A stretch of DNA of 64,000 nucleotides, from assembly GCA_050575255.1 (NCBI GenBank), contig JBNZDD010013326.1, positions 1-64,000 on the forward strand, read 5' to 3'. Shown in pieces: positions 1 to 13,000 of the stretch. The notes under the pieces were generated by a model. That model saw only the letters and a list, made by a program, of their open reading frames with translations, searched no databases and was not told the DNA's origin. The position numbers were made by a program, and so were the translations under genes. Positions within the stretch are counted from its first letter, which is position 1, and each line of letters opens with the position of its first letter. This DNA is from Harriotta raleighana (lineage: Eukaryota).

Positions 1-364
1 ACAAACACAAATTGACTCCAGAACACAGTACAAACATCACAAGAAACTTTCTATTGTTCGGGGTGTTAGGATTGTGTTCTGGTGTCAGTGTTCTGCAGTC
101 ACTAGACATTATCATATTGATCATATTGATCTTCACAGTCGTACTGATTTTCACAGTTTATGATCAGAGTCAAACACCTCAATCCAATTCCCAACCTAAG
201 ACAACCAGGAATTCTAGATTTCAAAGTAGTTTAACACATTTAGCACCAATTGTGTTTTGAAAGTAATAGACGACTCACAGAATGGCTTGTAAGGCTCAAC
301 TGCAAAAGACAGTAAAGATCATTTACATTGAAACAGGCTGAACAAAGATTACACACTTGATGCG

Positions 365-705
365 ATAACATAAGAACATAAGAACTAGGAGCAGGAGAAG
401 GCCATTCGGCCGCTCAAACCTGGTCCATCATTCAATAAGATCATGGCTGATCTTCTAATCTATCTCCACCTATCCGCGTTATCCCCATATCCCTTTATCT
501 CTTTTTCCAAAAGGAATCTATCAATCTCAGTCTTGAAAATGTTCAAGGACTGAGCATCTACAGCCCTTTGGGGAAGAGAATTCCATAAATTTACTATCCA
601 CTGGTTATAGTTCCTCCACCAGGGGAAACAGTTTCCCACTATCTCCTCTGTCATGCACATTAATAATCTTATAGGTTTCTATAAGATCACCTCTAATTCT
701 TCTGT
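365..705 (-). mobile_element. CR1 LINE 3' end; paralogs at ~15960-16280 and ~35910-36310
   Basis: [28 protein letters not shown]-terminus; (TTCTTATG)n tail. Confidence 0.8.
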
Positions 706-1057
706 TAATTTGAAATGAATTGAATGACGGACTCCACCATTGATAGGGAAACTGTCAATGTATTCTGTATTGCCAGAGTTGAGATTTAGGCGAAGCTACT
801 TCATTCTGTATTCTGTATTTCTGCATTTCTCCATATTAAACTCGATCTGTCACGTCTCTACACATTCCACAATCTTTCCATGTCTTCTTCCACTCTGGCT
901 ACGATTCTCACTGCTCTTCCTAGCACAGTATCATCTGCAATTTTGGAAATTGTACTCCCTATACTCAAGTCCATGTCATTATATCATCAATGGTTCATTG
1001 GTCAATACATTCTGAAATTCCTGGGTTGTAAGAACAGTAAACACGGGGCTCACTCAC

Positions 1058-1081
1058 CAGTTGTTTTCGGTGGGGAAGGCG
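1058..1081 (-). CDS. Family A microexon, 24 nt (TPSPPKTT)
   Basis: ttttcccag|CG ... ACTG|gtgagt. Confidence 0.8.
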
Positions 1082-4000
1082 CTGGGAAAATAATGGACAG
1101 GGTCACAATGACAGAAGGTGAAAGAATCCAAGGATAACATGTATCTGATCTCAGCACTGAATACAAATATACCAAACTACACGCCAGTTAATCAGGAAAC
1201 GTGCAGCTACTGGCTCCAGTACAACACGAATATCAAGCTTCACTTGAGGTAATTACAAGATAGTGCAGCTCTTTTGCTTGTTACCCGATATCAAGTCCGT
1301 TTTAAGGCGGCAACTTGAGCTGCATGAAGCCGATATCAAGAAGTGACTCACTTTGAGGGAAGTGACCCCAAGGTCTCCCTGGAAAACACAAACAAACATT
1401 AGTCAGGTGGGAAGGGTAAACCAAATTGGCTCACAAGAAAATGGAGAGCATATACCCATTCCTTCTTGGGAATTACAGCTGTGTAAACACACAAGTACAA
1501 ATATCATGCGGGCATTTCACCTTTCGGCATAGTTCAGGAAAGTTTGCTGAGAATGAAAGCATAAATAGTCATTGCTGCAAGAAAGATGGTTCTACACCCC
1601 TATCTGTACACCCCTATCAAGACATGGCTTTCTCACACTGGAGCATGTACTTGGTGACAATTAGATAAACTGGGCATGTTCACTCTGGAGAAGAAGTTTG
1701 AGGGGAATACGATTATGGTGTTTAAGAATCTGAAGAGGATAGATAATGTAGACCATAACAAGCTGTTTAATATGCTACTAAACAGTAGAAGCAGAGGTCA
1801 TACAATTGAAAGGAGCTAAATTAAGAACTAATCTGTGGAAACACTCAGTGTTCAGTACACAGGCTCCACAGGGTGATAGTGCAAGCAAAAATATTGTTTG
1901 TATGGATAACAAATTAAATAGAGTTCTGCTAGATTATAATATGTTAAGATTAATCAAAAATTTGAGATAAAACATAGGAAGCCACTGCCAAGTTGGTGGA
2001 AGATGATTTAGATGGAATTTTCTTTTCTTTTGCTGAGCAAATTCTTAATTATTGGAAGTGAAAGCCAACAAGGAAAATACACATCTGATTCCACCTGACA
2101 TCTGAATTCAAGTTGCCCAAATTCCAACCCATCCCACAAAACAGTGGGTCGTTGCTAGCTCCAGTCTGATACTTCATTATCAAGCTTCATCTGAGGCCAA
2201 TACAAGGTGGTGCGTTTGCTGCTCAATATCAAGGCCATTTTAAGGCTACAACTTGAGCTGTGTGAAATGGCTGTTAAAAAGTGACTATTTCCCGGTCAAA
2301 ATACAATTGGTAATTGCTCACATCAGTTTAACAGAAATAGACATGGAATCAATGACAAAATCATTATAATTTTTTTTCAAGGGATTATCGGTCTCTATTT
2401 ACTTTGGAAGAGGGAAAGTTCAATTATTTATAAATTATTCACCCTTCCCGGGTATTGAACCTTGATCCTTTCGCTTGTAAGGCTAGAGTCCATACAAGAG
2501 TTCAAAGAGTTAGATGAAACAACATAATTCTGCACGCGAATATCAAAATGAGGGGCAACATATTCCTCATTTCCTGGACTCAAAGTACAGTAAATACAGG
2601 GTTCACTCACCAGTTGTTTTAGGTGTGGGAAGACCTGAGAAAGTAAGGGGTAAAGGTCACTACTACAAGCATTGAAAACCAACCAGGCGAACACACATCT
2701 GATCCCAGCACTGAATTCAAATATCCCAAACTACATCTCAATCTGTCATGCAATGCATAACTACTGGCTCCAAAGAAAGACTTCAATATCAAGCTACACT
2801 GGAGGCAAAGGTTGTGCTGCTCCAAAATATCAACAACCAAATGACACAAAGGAAGTGCCTTCCATGGCAGGAGGACATTGCAAGGCTCTGAACAATCGAA
2901 GAACAGAAAGGTTGGAGCAGGATTGAGATGAGCGAGAGCTCCTGATACCACTATAAAGGAGGGTCTTGAGTCGAACCTTGAACAACAAAAGAAAATTATA
3001 TTTCTATGGTGCCTTCCACGTTGGGAGAACAACCTAATATGATGTACATTATTTTAGGCCTGTGTTGGGATCGTGGAGAGTGAAGGGAATGGGAGTGGAA
3101 TGCTACGTCAAAAATGATGGACTTCAGGTAGGACTCAAAGTAGGCTAGGGAGGGGGAGAGTCAGATGGATTGCACCATGGTATTCCAAGCATTGGGGGCA
3201 GAGTGACGAAATGCATACCCACCAATGGTGGGGCGTGTGAGTCAGTGAACATGTAGAAGATCCTGCTGAGAGGAGCAAGAGACCAGTTAGTAGGGTTTTC
3301 AGAGGTCACACATATAGGGTGATGCAAGGTCATAGAGGGTCTTCAAGCCCAGGATATCAGATTGAATCCTCTGTGTGTTGGGGAGCAAGAGTCGAGCAAG
3401 AATACGGGTGATAGATTAGTGGAGCATGGTTCGAGGGAAGACATGGGCTATATAATCGTAGATGGACTGCACTCTATGGATATGCTGACCATTTGTGACC
3501 AAGTTACCCTCTGCCTCCTCATCCTCCACGACCTATCCAAATCCTTCGACACTGTGGACCATTCAATCATCCTCCACCATCTTTCATCCCACCTAAACCT
3601 TCAAGGTTCTATACTTGACTGATTCTGGTCCTATCTGTCACACTGCTTCAAGTTTACGTCCTCCAATGGCTTTTTCTCCAGCCTGCACATTGCCTAATGC
3701 CTCATCCCTCAGGGCTCTGTCCTTGGTCACCTCCTGACATTAAGTCTTGGATGAGGGACAACTTTCTCCAGTTGAATGTCCGCAAAACTGATGCCCTCCT
3801 GATTGGCTTGCATCAGTGCCTCCACATCTCAGGTGCTGGCAGGATTATATAGCGACCTCCACCCCAGATGGTGTCTCAGAGCGCTTCACAATAAAGGAAC
3901 CCGGGGCTGAGCCAGGGGCAGGGGGAAAAGTTGACCAAAATGAGGCAAAAAGATTGAGGAAGGGGTTCCAGAGGCTGGGGGTGTAGTGGCTGCAGGCAAT

Positions 4001-7000
4001 GGCACCAATGGCGGATTGATGATTCAGAAGCCAAGGAAGAGGCCACACCCATGAGAGTGAAGGCAATGGATACTGTTTTGGTGAGAGAGAAGGTCCGAGA
4101 TCTAGGGATGTGTAAAGGAGTGGAGAGAATTGAAAACAAGAGTGAGGATCTTCAAATCGATCCTCTCTGAGACAGGGAGCCATTGCAGTCTGGCAAGGAC
4201 TGGTGGATTCAGGGAGTGAAGTTTGGTACATACGAGAATGCGGGCGGTAGAATTTTGGATATCCTGGATTTTATGAATGAGCAGAGGGGGAAATGGGGAG
4301 GAGGGCATTGGAATGGTCCCCCACTAATCAGGTCCCAACCTAACTGCTTTGGGACATCCTACCGATGTGAAAGTCGCTACACAATTGTAATTTTGTTTTT
4401 GTTGTTGTAGTCCAGCCGAGAAGTGACAAAAACATGGACCAGGGTTTCAGTGGCTTTTGGGCTAAGATACTGCTGTAGACGGGCAATGTGTCGGAGATAA
4501 AAGAAGGCGGTGCTGGTTAAGGACCAGATGTGGATGAAGAAGGATAATTGGAGGTCGAAACATATGCCTTCGTTTTCTTACGGGTTCGGAAAGTTAGGGG
4601 CAGATTGGGTATGCGGAGGACATGATAGCCATAGGAGTGAACTTGTTGATGAGAGCCAAAGAGTATACCTTTGATATCGTAAACATTTAGTTGAATTTTG
4701 CGCTCATCCAACTCCTGATGATGGACAGGCTGTCAGAGCATCAGGTGACCGGAGCTCGCAAATTGAGGTTGAAAAATAGACTTGGGTATCATCCACATAC
4801 ATGAGGAAGCATACCCCATGTTTGAAGGTAGCATCACCAAGAGGGAGCATCCTTGCCGTAATAATAATAATCATAATGTTAATCATAATGATAATCCTTG
4901 CATTTGATATAGAATTTTCAACATCTTCTAGATGTCTCAAAGTGCTTCATAGAATATACTGTAAAGTTAATTGAGTGTATAATTGTGGGCAAAACACGCA
5001 AACAATTGTGCAGTGTGTCCCACAAACAGTCGTGGAATGAAATGACTGATCTTGTTATGGTTTCTATTTGAGGGATTATTATTAGGCATGTGAAATAAGG
5101 AAATTTGCCTTCGCTGGATTCGAACACAGGTCTCATGTTTGTACGATGAGTGCTGTAACCATTGTTCGACTGGTTTCCATGCCATGAAGACCTATAGATA
5201 ATTGGTTATAGCACCCCTCAGGGTGCAAAAACCCTTGTCCATGCATTCGCCACATCAAGGCTCGCCTATGAAAACTCTCTCGTCCTCTGCCATCCCCGCT
5301 CTTCCGTTCATCAAGAACTCTGCAGCTTGTATCTCTCCGACACTGAGCTCTGCAACCACATCACTCCCACCCTCACCCAGCTCTACTTGCTCCTGATCCC
5401 CCAGAGGAGAGAATTCAAGTTTAAACTCAAGATTAAACTTAATCTTCAAATCGATCCTCACTCTTGTTTTCAATTCTCTCCACTCCTTTACACATCCCTA
5501 CATCTCTAACCTCCTCTCTCATCACAACAGTACCCATTGCCTTCACTCTCATGGGTGTGGCCTCTTCGTTGGCTTCTGAATCATCAATCCACCATTGGTG
5601 CCATTGCCTGCAGCCACTGAGCCCCCAGCCTCTGGAACTCCCTTCCTCAATCTCTTTGCCTCAATTCCTTCCTGGCCTCCTTCATGGCCGGTCTGAACGA
5701 GTACTCTCCTCTTTGATCGTGCCTTCACCTGCCCTCCCAACTTCCTCCTTCCCCAATTTACTCACTTACTTCCCTCCCCCATCAGCTGCCCTTTCTACGG
5801 GGCTCAATCTAACTGTTCGGCGCTTTGGGATGGCCTCCCCAAGTGAAAGACGCTCTATAAATGCATTGTTGTTTGGAGCCAGTCAGTGCCTGAAGTGCAG
5901 AGGTGCAGGCACAATCCACGGTTCCTCAGCCTTGTTGACTTTTAACTTCAGTAAGTTAGATCTCATCCAGGATGATGTCTAACATATTGATAGGGAGAGG
6001 CAAAGAGATAGAGATCGGTGTCATCCAAGTCATTTAGAAGGTTACTCCATGTCTTTGGATGATGCAACCAACATAGAGGTTAAAGAGGAGGGCACTTGGG
6101 AACAGACCAGTAAAACATTACGTGAGATTTTGAGATGTATGAGAAATATTTGGCAGAAAAATATTGGCGAGATCTAAGAAAAAATTGAACCATTCAACAA
6201 CAGAACCTGCAAGATTGAGGTGAGATGAGAGGCAGTGAAAGAAAAAGGATCCATCCATTTTATGAACAAAGTGACTGCAGGTCTTTTCAACGCTGTAACT
6301 TTAGCAAGTATTTAAATCGACTCACTTGTATGTACGTAACTCCAAGGTCTCCCTGGAAAGCACAACCCAATGTTAGTCAAACGGGAATATCAAACAAAAT
6401 TACTGGGTGTTGGAGACTATAAAGTAATAAATGGCTCAGAACAAAATGCAGAACATATCCTCGAAAATAACACCAGTGAAAACACTCAACAAGTAGAACA
6501 TGTGTATATGAAAACACACGTTCAATGGTTTATAGTTGATCAAATCTTCTGCAAACTGAAATGAATCCCAGCGGAGAGTTCAGATGCACAGACCCCACTC
6601 GCGTTTCTCCAGAGTAAAATTCATCTGGCCTGTGTCTTCTGATTTTCCAGTCTGTCTATGTCTTCTTCCAGTCTACTCCTATTGTTCTCACAGTTTGCTG
6701 TTCTTCCCAGCTTAGTAGCATTGGCAAACTTGGAAAATATACTTCCTAAACCTACTTCGAACTTATTCAGCTGATAGGCATCCTCTCGGTGTATTGCCGA
6801 GAAATTGAAATTTAGACCAAGAATCTTAATTCTACACGTGAATCTCAATAGGATCACAGAAATATATAGCACACAGGCAGGCCTTTTAAGGTATCTAAAC
6901 CAGCTCTTTCAATAGAGCTATCCAAATCAATCTTACAGCCTGCTCTCTACTCAGGGGCCTGAAAACTTCTCCTCCCAAAATAATTACCCTATATTTGCTT

Positions 7001-10000
7001 ATATAGATGCCAAGGTCTCACTGCTGTGTTACTCTTTAAGATTGTACCACTCAGCTAATGTTGGCTCTCCTTATTCTTCCTTCTAAAATCCATGTCTATG
7101 CACTTTTCCACATTAATCTTCATCTGCCACTTGTCTGCCCATACCACCAGTCTGCCTATGTCCTTGAAGTCTGGTTACTATTTACCTCATCATTTACAGT
7201 ACATCCTAGCTTAGAATCTTCTGCAAAATTGGAAATTGTACTCCCTGTAACCAAGTTCATGACATTATATAATCAACAGATCATTGGTCAATAAATTCTG
7301 AATTTCCTGGGCTATAAGAACAGTAAAAGCGGGGCTCACTCACCAATAGTTTTGTGTGGGAGAGTGGCTGAGAAAATAAGAAGCAATGGTCACTACTGCA
7401 GAAAGTGAAAGAATCCACGGAAAACAAACATCTGATCGCAAATATCCCAAACTAATATCCCATTGCTGGCTCCAATCTAACACTTGAATGTCAAGCTTCA
7501 TCTGAGTCAAGTTTATGGCGGTATGTTCTTTCCCCTGTTACTCAACATCTTTAGCCCACTTTAGGGCTCCAAATTGAGCTTTATGAAGCCGATATTAAAT
7601 AGCGACTCACTTATAGGGATGCGACTCCAAGGTCCCTCTGGAAAACACAAACAAGCATTATTCGGAAGGGAAGAGTAAAGGAAATAACTGGATNNNNNNN
7701 NNNNNNNNNNNNNNNNNNNNNNNNNNNNNNNNNNNNNNNNNNNNNNNNNNNNNNNNNNNNNNNNNNNNNNNNNNNNNNNNNNNNNNNNNNNNNNNNNNNN
7801 NNNNNNNNNNNNNNNNNNNNNNNNNNNNNNNNNNNNNNNNNNNNNNNNNNNNNNNNNNNNNNNNNNNNNNNNNNNNNNNNNNNNNNNNNNNNNNNNNNNN
7901 NNNNNNNNNNNNNNNNNNNNNNNNNNNNNNNNNNNNNNNNNNNNNNNNNNNNNNNNNNNNNNNNNNNNNNNNNNNNNNNNNNNNNNNNNNNNNNNNNNNN
8001 NNNNNNNNNNNNNNNNNNNNNNNNNNNNNNNNNNNNNNNNNNNNNNNNNNNNNNNNNNNNNNNNNNNNNNNNNNNNNNNNNNNNNNNNNNNNNNNNNNNN
8101 NNNNNNNNNNNNNNNNNNNNNNNNNNNNNNNNNNNNNNNNNNNNNNNNNNNNNNNNNNNNNNNNNNNNNNNNNNNNNNNNNNNNNNNNNNNNNNNNNNNN
8201 NNNNNNNNNNNNNNNNNNNNNNNNNNNNNNNNNNNNNNNNNNNNNNNNNNNNNNNNNNNNNNNNNNNNNNNNNNNNNNNNNNNNNNNNNNNNNNNNNNNN
8301 NNNNNNNNNNNNNNNNNNNNNNNNNNNNNNNNNNNNNNNNNNNNNNNNNNNNNNNNNNNNNNNNNNNNNNNNNNNNNNNNNNNNNNNNTCCAGTTCAGCA
8401 TTTCAATATCAAACTGCATCTGAGGCAAAGGATGTGCTTCTCCTCCAACATCAACAAAATTATACAAATAAATCAACTTCCAGATGGACGGATATTAGGA
8501 CTCAATCTGGGATGGTTGAACGATGGACCAGTGAATGAGGAGGGTCTTGCGGCATCACTTGAAGGAGGCTTGGGTTGTGGCAAGCCAGAGCAATTGTGCG
8601 GTGGAAATTCAGAGATTGGGGACAGAGTGGCAGAAGACTTGACTGGCGATGGTGGGGCGGGTGGGGAGGTGGTAGCTAACATGGGGTGTAGGGAAGCTTA
8701 CAATGGCGAAGGGTAGGCTAGCTAACCTGGATTGGGTTCAGACTATTTAACATGGGGTGATAGGATGACTAACATTGTAGGGGTAGTCATGCTACCATGG
8801 GGTAGGCGTTAACATGGGGGGTAGGCGAGCTAACATTGGGCGGGGAGAGTGTAAATAGTTGAAATTATAGTATAAGTTTTATTGATCATGTAGTAAATAA
8901 TCAAATCAATTAAAATGTATTGAACAAATGATGCCATGTGGTTTGGAATACACAAACACAGTTCACTATAGAAACATTTAGATAGACTTATACTTGAATG
9001 TGACTAGATAATGGGATTGGGAGAATAGCACTGAAAGAGCTGAGAAATGTTCAGACCAGTAAGTCACGCAGACAGAGCCAAAGACAGGACAATGAATTAT
9101 TGAAAATGTTCTGACCATCAAGGACAAGTAAGTCAGGAGGTCTGGTCAGGCTAGATAAGATGGAATGGAGCAAATTTTCTAAGGTGTACAAAGTAACAAA
9201 TTTGAAGATAGGGAAGAATGCCAAGAGAAGGTTAGCAAATATACACTTTACACTATATATTGTGTGGAGCACTATGAGACAGGAGAAGTTTAACACAGTG
9301 GCAGAGATGGCAGAAGTATAACACGATAGCAGGAATGAAGCTGGTCAGAAACGAAAGGATCTCTGAAGGGAGGTAGAGATCCTAGTCTAGCTCTCGGCAG
9401 AGTAGAGCACAGAAGGAAGCACGTCTAGTTCTTGATACAGTGAACGACAAGCAACAATGCAGCAGAGAAAACAAGCCAAAGACGTTTGCAGCCAGAAGCA
9501 AGTCAGAGGCTGTGTTTAATTCTTGGGCCAGCCACACATCCATACGAGGAGTCCGTTGAGCAATCTCTTGACTACTCTTTAGTATCTATCCTGCTGACTA
9601 ATACATGCATCCAATATACCAGGACAGTCAGTCATTGCTTAAGCACATCTCTTATACCAAACAAGGTTTCTTTTATGTTTAGAATTATGATTTTTAAAGA
9701 ACCTTGTTAAGATAGTATTTTAGTTGGTTTCTGACAAACGCTTTACTCCCGTGCTCCCCTCTCCAAGGTGCAAAAACCTTACATACTACCTTAAATCTGT
9801 GCACAAGTTTGGTCACCACACTTTAGGAAGGATATTAAGCCATAGGAAAGGGTGTATAGCAGATTTACTGGGATGAAACCAGGAATGAGGGAATTCAGCT
9901 ATGAGGAAAGGCTACATAGGCTAGGCTTGTTCTCTCTAGAACAAAGAAGATTGAGAGGAGAACTAATAAAGGTTTATAAGATAATGAAAGGTATCAGGGT

Positions 10001-13000
10001 AAATAGGGAAAGACTGTTTCCACTGGTGGGTGAATCAGTGACTCGTGGTCACAGATTTAAAATAGTTTCAAAACGAAGCAGAGGGGAGCTGAGGAGAAAT
10101 GTTTTCACGCAGCGGGTTGTTCGAATATGGATTGCCTGAAAGGGTAGTGGAGGCAGATTCCATAACAGCTTTTAAAAGCGAACTAGAGATTTATTTAGGA
10201 AGAGCAGGACTGTTAAGTTATGGGGAGAAAGATGGGCAGTGGGATTGAGTTGCTCTGTTCAAAGAGCGGTCCCAGACTAGATGGGCTGAATGGCCTCCTT
10301 TTACGCCATATAATTCTATGATTCTATAAAATCCTCCCAGTACGACAGCTATGTCCGATCCTGTAAGGCACAAAAACGAGCCACAGAATGCACCAGGAGT
10401 TAATCCAAACTAATGATCCATCATTATATTTAGCTGGATTACACACAGATCTACCACTCCACCTTTGTCTCTGTCAAATCCTCAGTCTATTCAAGGTGAT
10501 CGTGGAACCCAGTGAAACTGCCAGGCTTCTCCTATGCACTATTAACCACTCCCTCCATCCACCTTTCCATACCTCGCCAACCCTTTCCTCCATTTACATG
10601 GAGTTGCTGGAATTCCTTGAATCCATAATTGAGGGGATGCATTCGAACAACAAGCAGGTCAGAGCTCACTGAGCGGAGGAAGTAGAAAGATTGGTAGGGT
10701 GTTAGGAGCTGACCAATATAGGTTTGGGAAAGGCCATGGAGGGCCTCAAAGGTGAGGACCTCTATATTTTTGTGGAACCATCCAAAGACATGGTGTGAAC
10801 TTACAGATGTGCTTGGATGACACCCAGCTCCATCTCTCTGCTTCAACCTGACTAGCTATCAGAGATCAAGTCCTAGATGAGAACTAACTTTCTAAAGTAA
10901 AATGTCAATAATACTAAGGACCTCCTGATTGGCTCGCACTAGCGTTCATTCAAGAATAGTTTTTGTCACTGTAGTTTCCTTCCAGGTAAGAGGGAGATTT
11001 AGCTAAATTAGACTGGGGAAATATATGAAAGCATATGACAATAGATCATCAATGGCAAGATGTAGTGCATAATTCCCAGCAGTCACAATTCGCTTGAGGA
11101 ATAAAAGTATCACTTGAAAGTTGTTCTTTCATGACTAAGTAGAGCAGTTAGGAGTTAAATCTTTTAGAGTTTTGTGAGGAGATAACTATCAGATTATATA
11201 CGGGTGAATGAATAGATGTAATGTATTTAGATTTTCAAAAGCCATTCAATAAGTTGCTGCATAAAAGACTGATTCACAAGATTAGGGTCCATGGAATTAA
11301 AGCTAACATACCAGTGTGGATTGAAGAGTGGTTAACAAGAAGAACATAGAGAATAGGGATAAATAGATTCTTTTCAGATTGGTGGAATGTGACTAGTGGA
11401 GTTCCACAAGTATCAGTGCTTGGGCCTCAACTATATCGATGATCTAGAGTAGAACATCACATTTAAAAATATCTAAATTTGTAGATGATACTAAACTAGG
11501 AAGGGGAGTAAATACCAAGGATGACACAAAATAATACAACGGCTTACAGATAGGCTAGAAAAGTGGGCAAGAAGATGATAGATGAAATATCATGTGGGGA
11601 AGTGTGAAGTTATTCACCTCAGTAGTAAAAACAGAAAAGCACATTGTTTTCTGGAAGGGGAGAGACTAGATTGTGTGAGTGCAGAGGGACTTGGGTATCC
11701 TTGTACACCAGTCACAAAAAGTTATTATGCAGGTACAGCAAGCAACTAGGATGGTCAAAGGTATGTTGGGTTAGAATATAAGAGTAGGGAAGTCTTGCTG
11801 CAACTGTACAGGGCCCTGGTGAGACCCTACCTAGAATATTGTGCACAGTTTTGGTCTCCTTATTTAAGAAAGGATGTACTCGCCTTGGAGCAAGTACAGT
11901 GTAGATTCACTAGGTTGGTACCTGCAATGACGGTGACGTGTTATGAAGATAGGTTGAGCAATGCAGGCCTATATTCACTAGAATGTAGAAGAATCAGAGG
12001 TGATTTTACAGAAACCTATAACATTATTAAGTGGCATGACAGAGTAGATAATGGGAGGTTACTTCCCCTGGTTGGAGACACTATAACTATATGTCATTGT
12101 CTCATAGTCTTACGATTAGGAGTCAGCCTTTTCGCACTAAGTTGAGAAAAAACAGTTTCACTTAGAGAGTAGTGAATTCTGGAAATCTCTACCCCAAAAG
12201 GCTGTATTGAAGATTGATATTGATAGATTTCTTATGGATCAAGGGATTAAGGGATATGGGAATAAGGCAGGTGGGTGGAGTCAGATTTGAAGTTCAGCCA
12301 TGAATATATTGAATGGCAGAGCAGGCTTGAGGGCGTCGAATGGCCTAGATTCTAGATTCATAAGAATGATTCCAGGAATGGGGAACCTTAGCTGTGAGGA
12401 TGGCTGGAGAAGTTAGAACTTTTCCCATTAGAGCAGAAAATGTTATGCGCGAATCTGATAGAGGTCTTCAAGATCATGAAATGTTTCGACAGGCTAGATA
12501 GGGAAAAGCTGTTTCCACCGGTAGGTGTGTCTCACAGACTTAAGATATCTACCAAAAGAAGAAGAGGGGAGGTTAGAAGAAATGTTTTCACTCAGCGAGT
12601 TGTTCGAATTTGGAATGATCTGCCTGAAAGGGTAGTGAGTTCCAATTTGACAGCAGCTTTTAAGAGAGAACTAGATAGGTATCTGGGGAAGATGGGTTTG
12701 CAGAGTTGTGGGGAGAAAGCTGGTGATTGGGGTTAATAAAAGTGACATTGCTCTGCCAAAGAGCCGGCACAGACTCGATGGGCCGAATGGCCTCCTTCTG
12801 TGCCGTAACATTCTACGATTCTATTTTCCTGCTCCTAATTCTTATGTTCTTATTTCAGAACATGCAATTTTGAGGTGAGAAGAGAAACAGTGGAGGAGGT
12901 TGGAGTGATCCAATATATCGAAAGCAACAAAGAGGTTGTAGGCCATTTTAAGGCTGCAACTTTAGCTCTGTGAAGGAGGTGTTCGAAAACAACTCACTTG

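Noticed and set aside
12-260. Repeated hydrophobic [13 protein letters not shown]...[15 protein letters not shown] (also 15621..15953), resembling a small membrane protein
   Set aside because: Non-ATG start, antisense intronic location, and broken by indels in the third copy at ~35540.
7658-8476. 272-aa ORF
   Set aside because: Consists almost entirely of the N gap.
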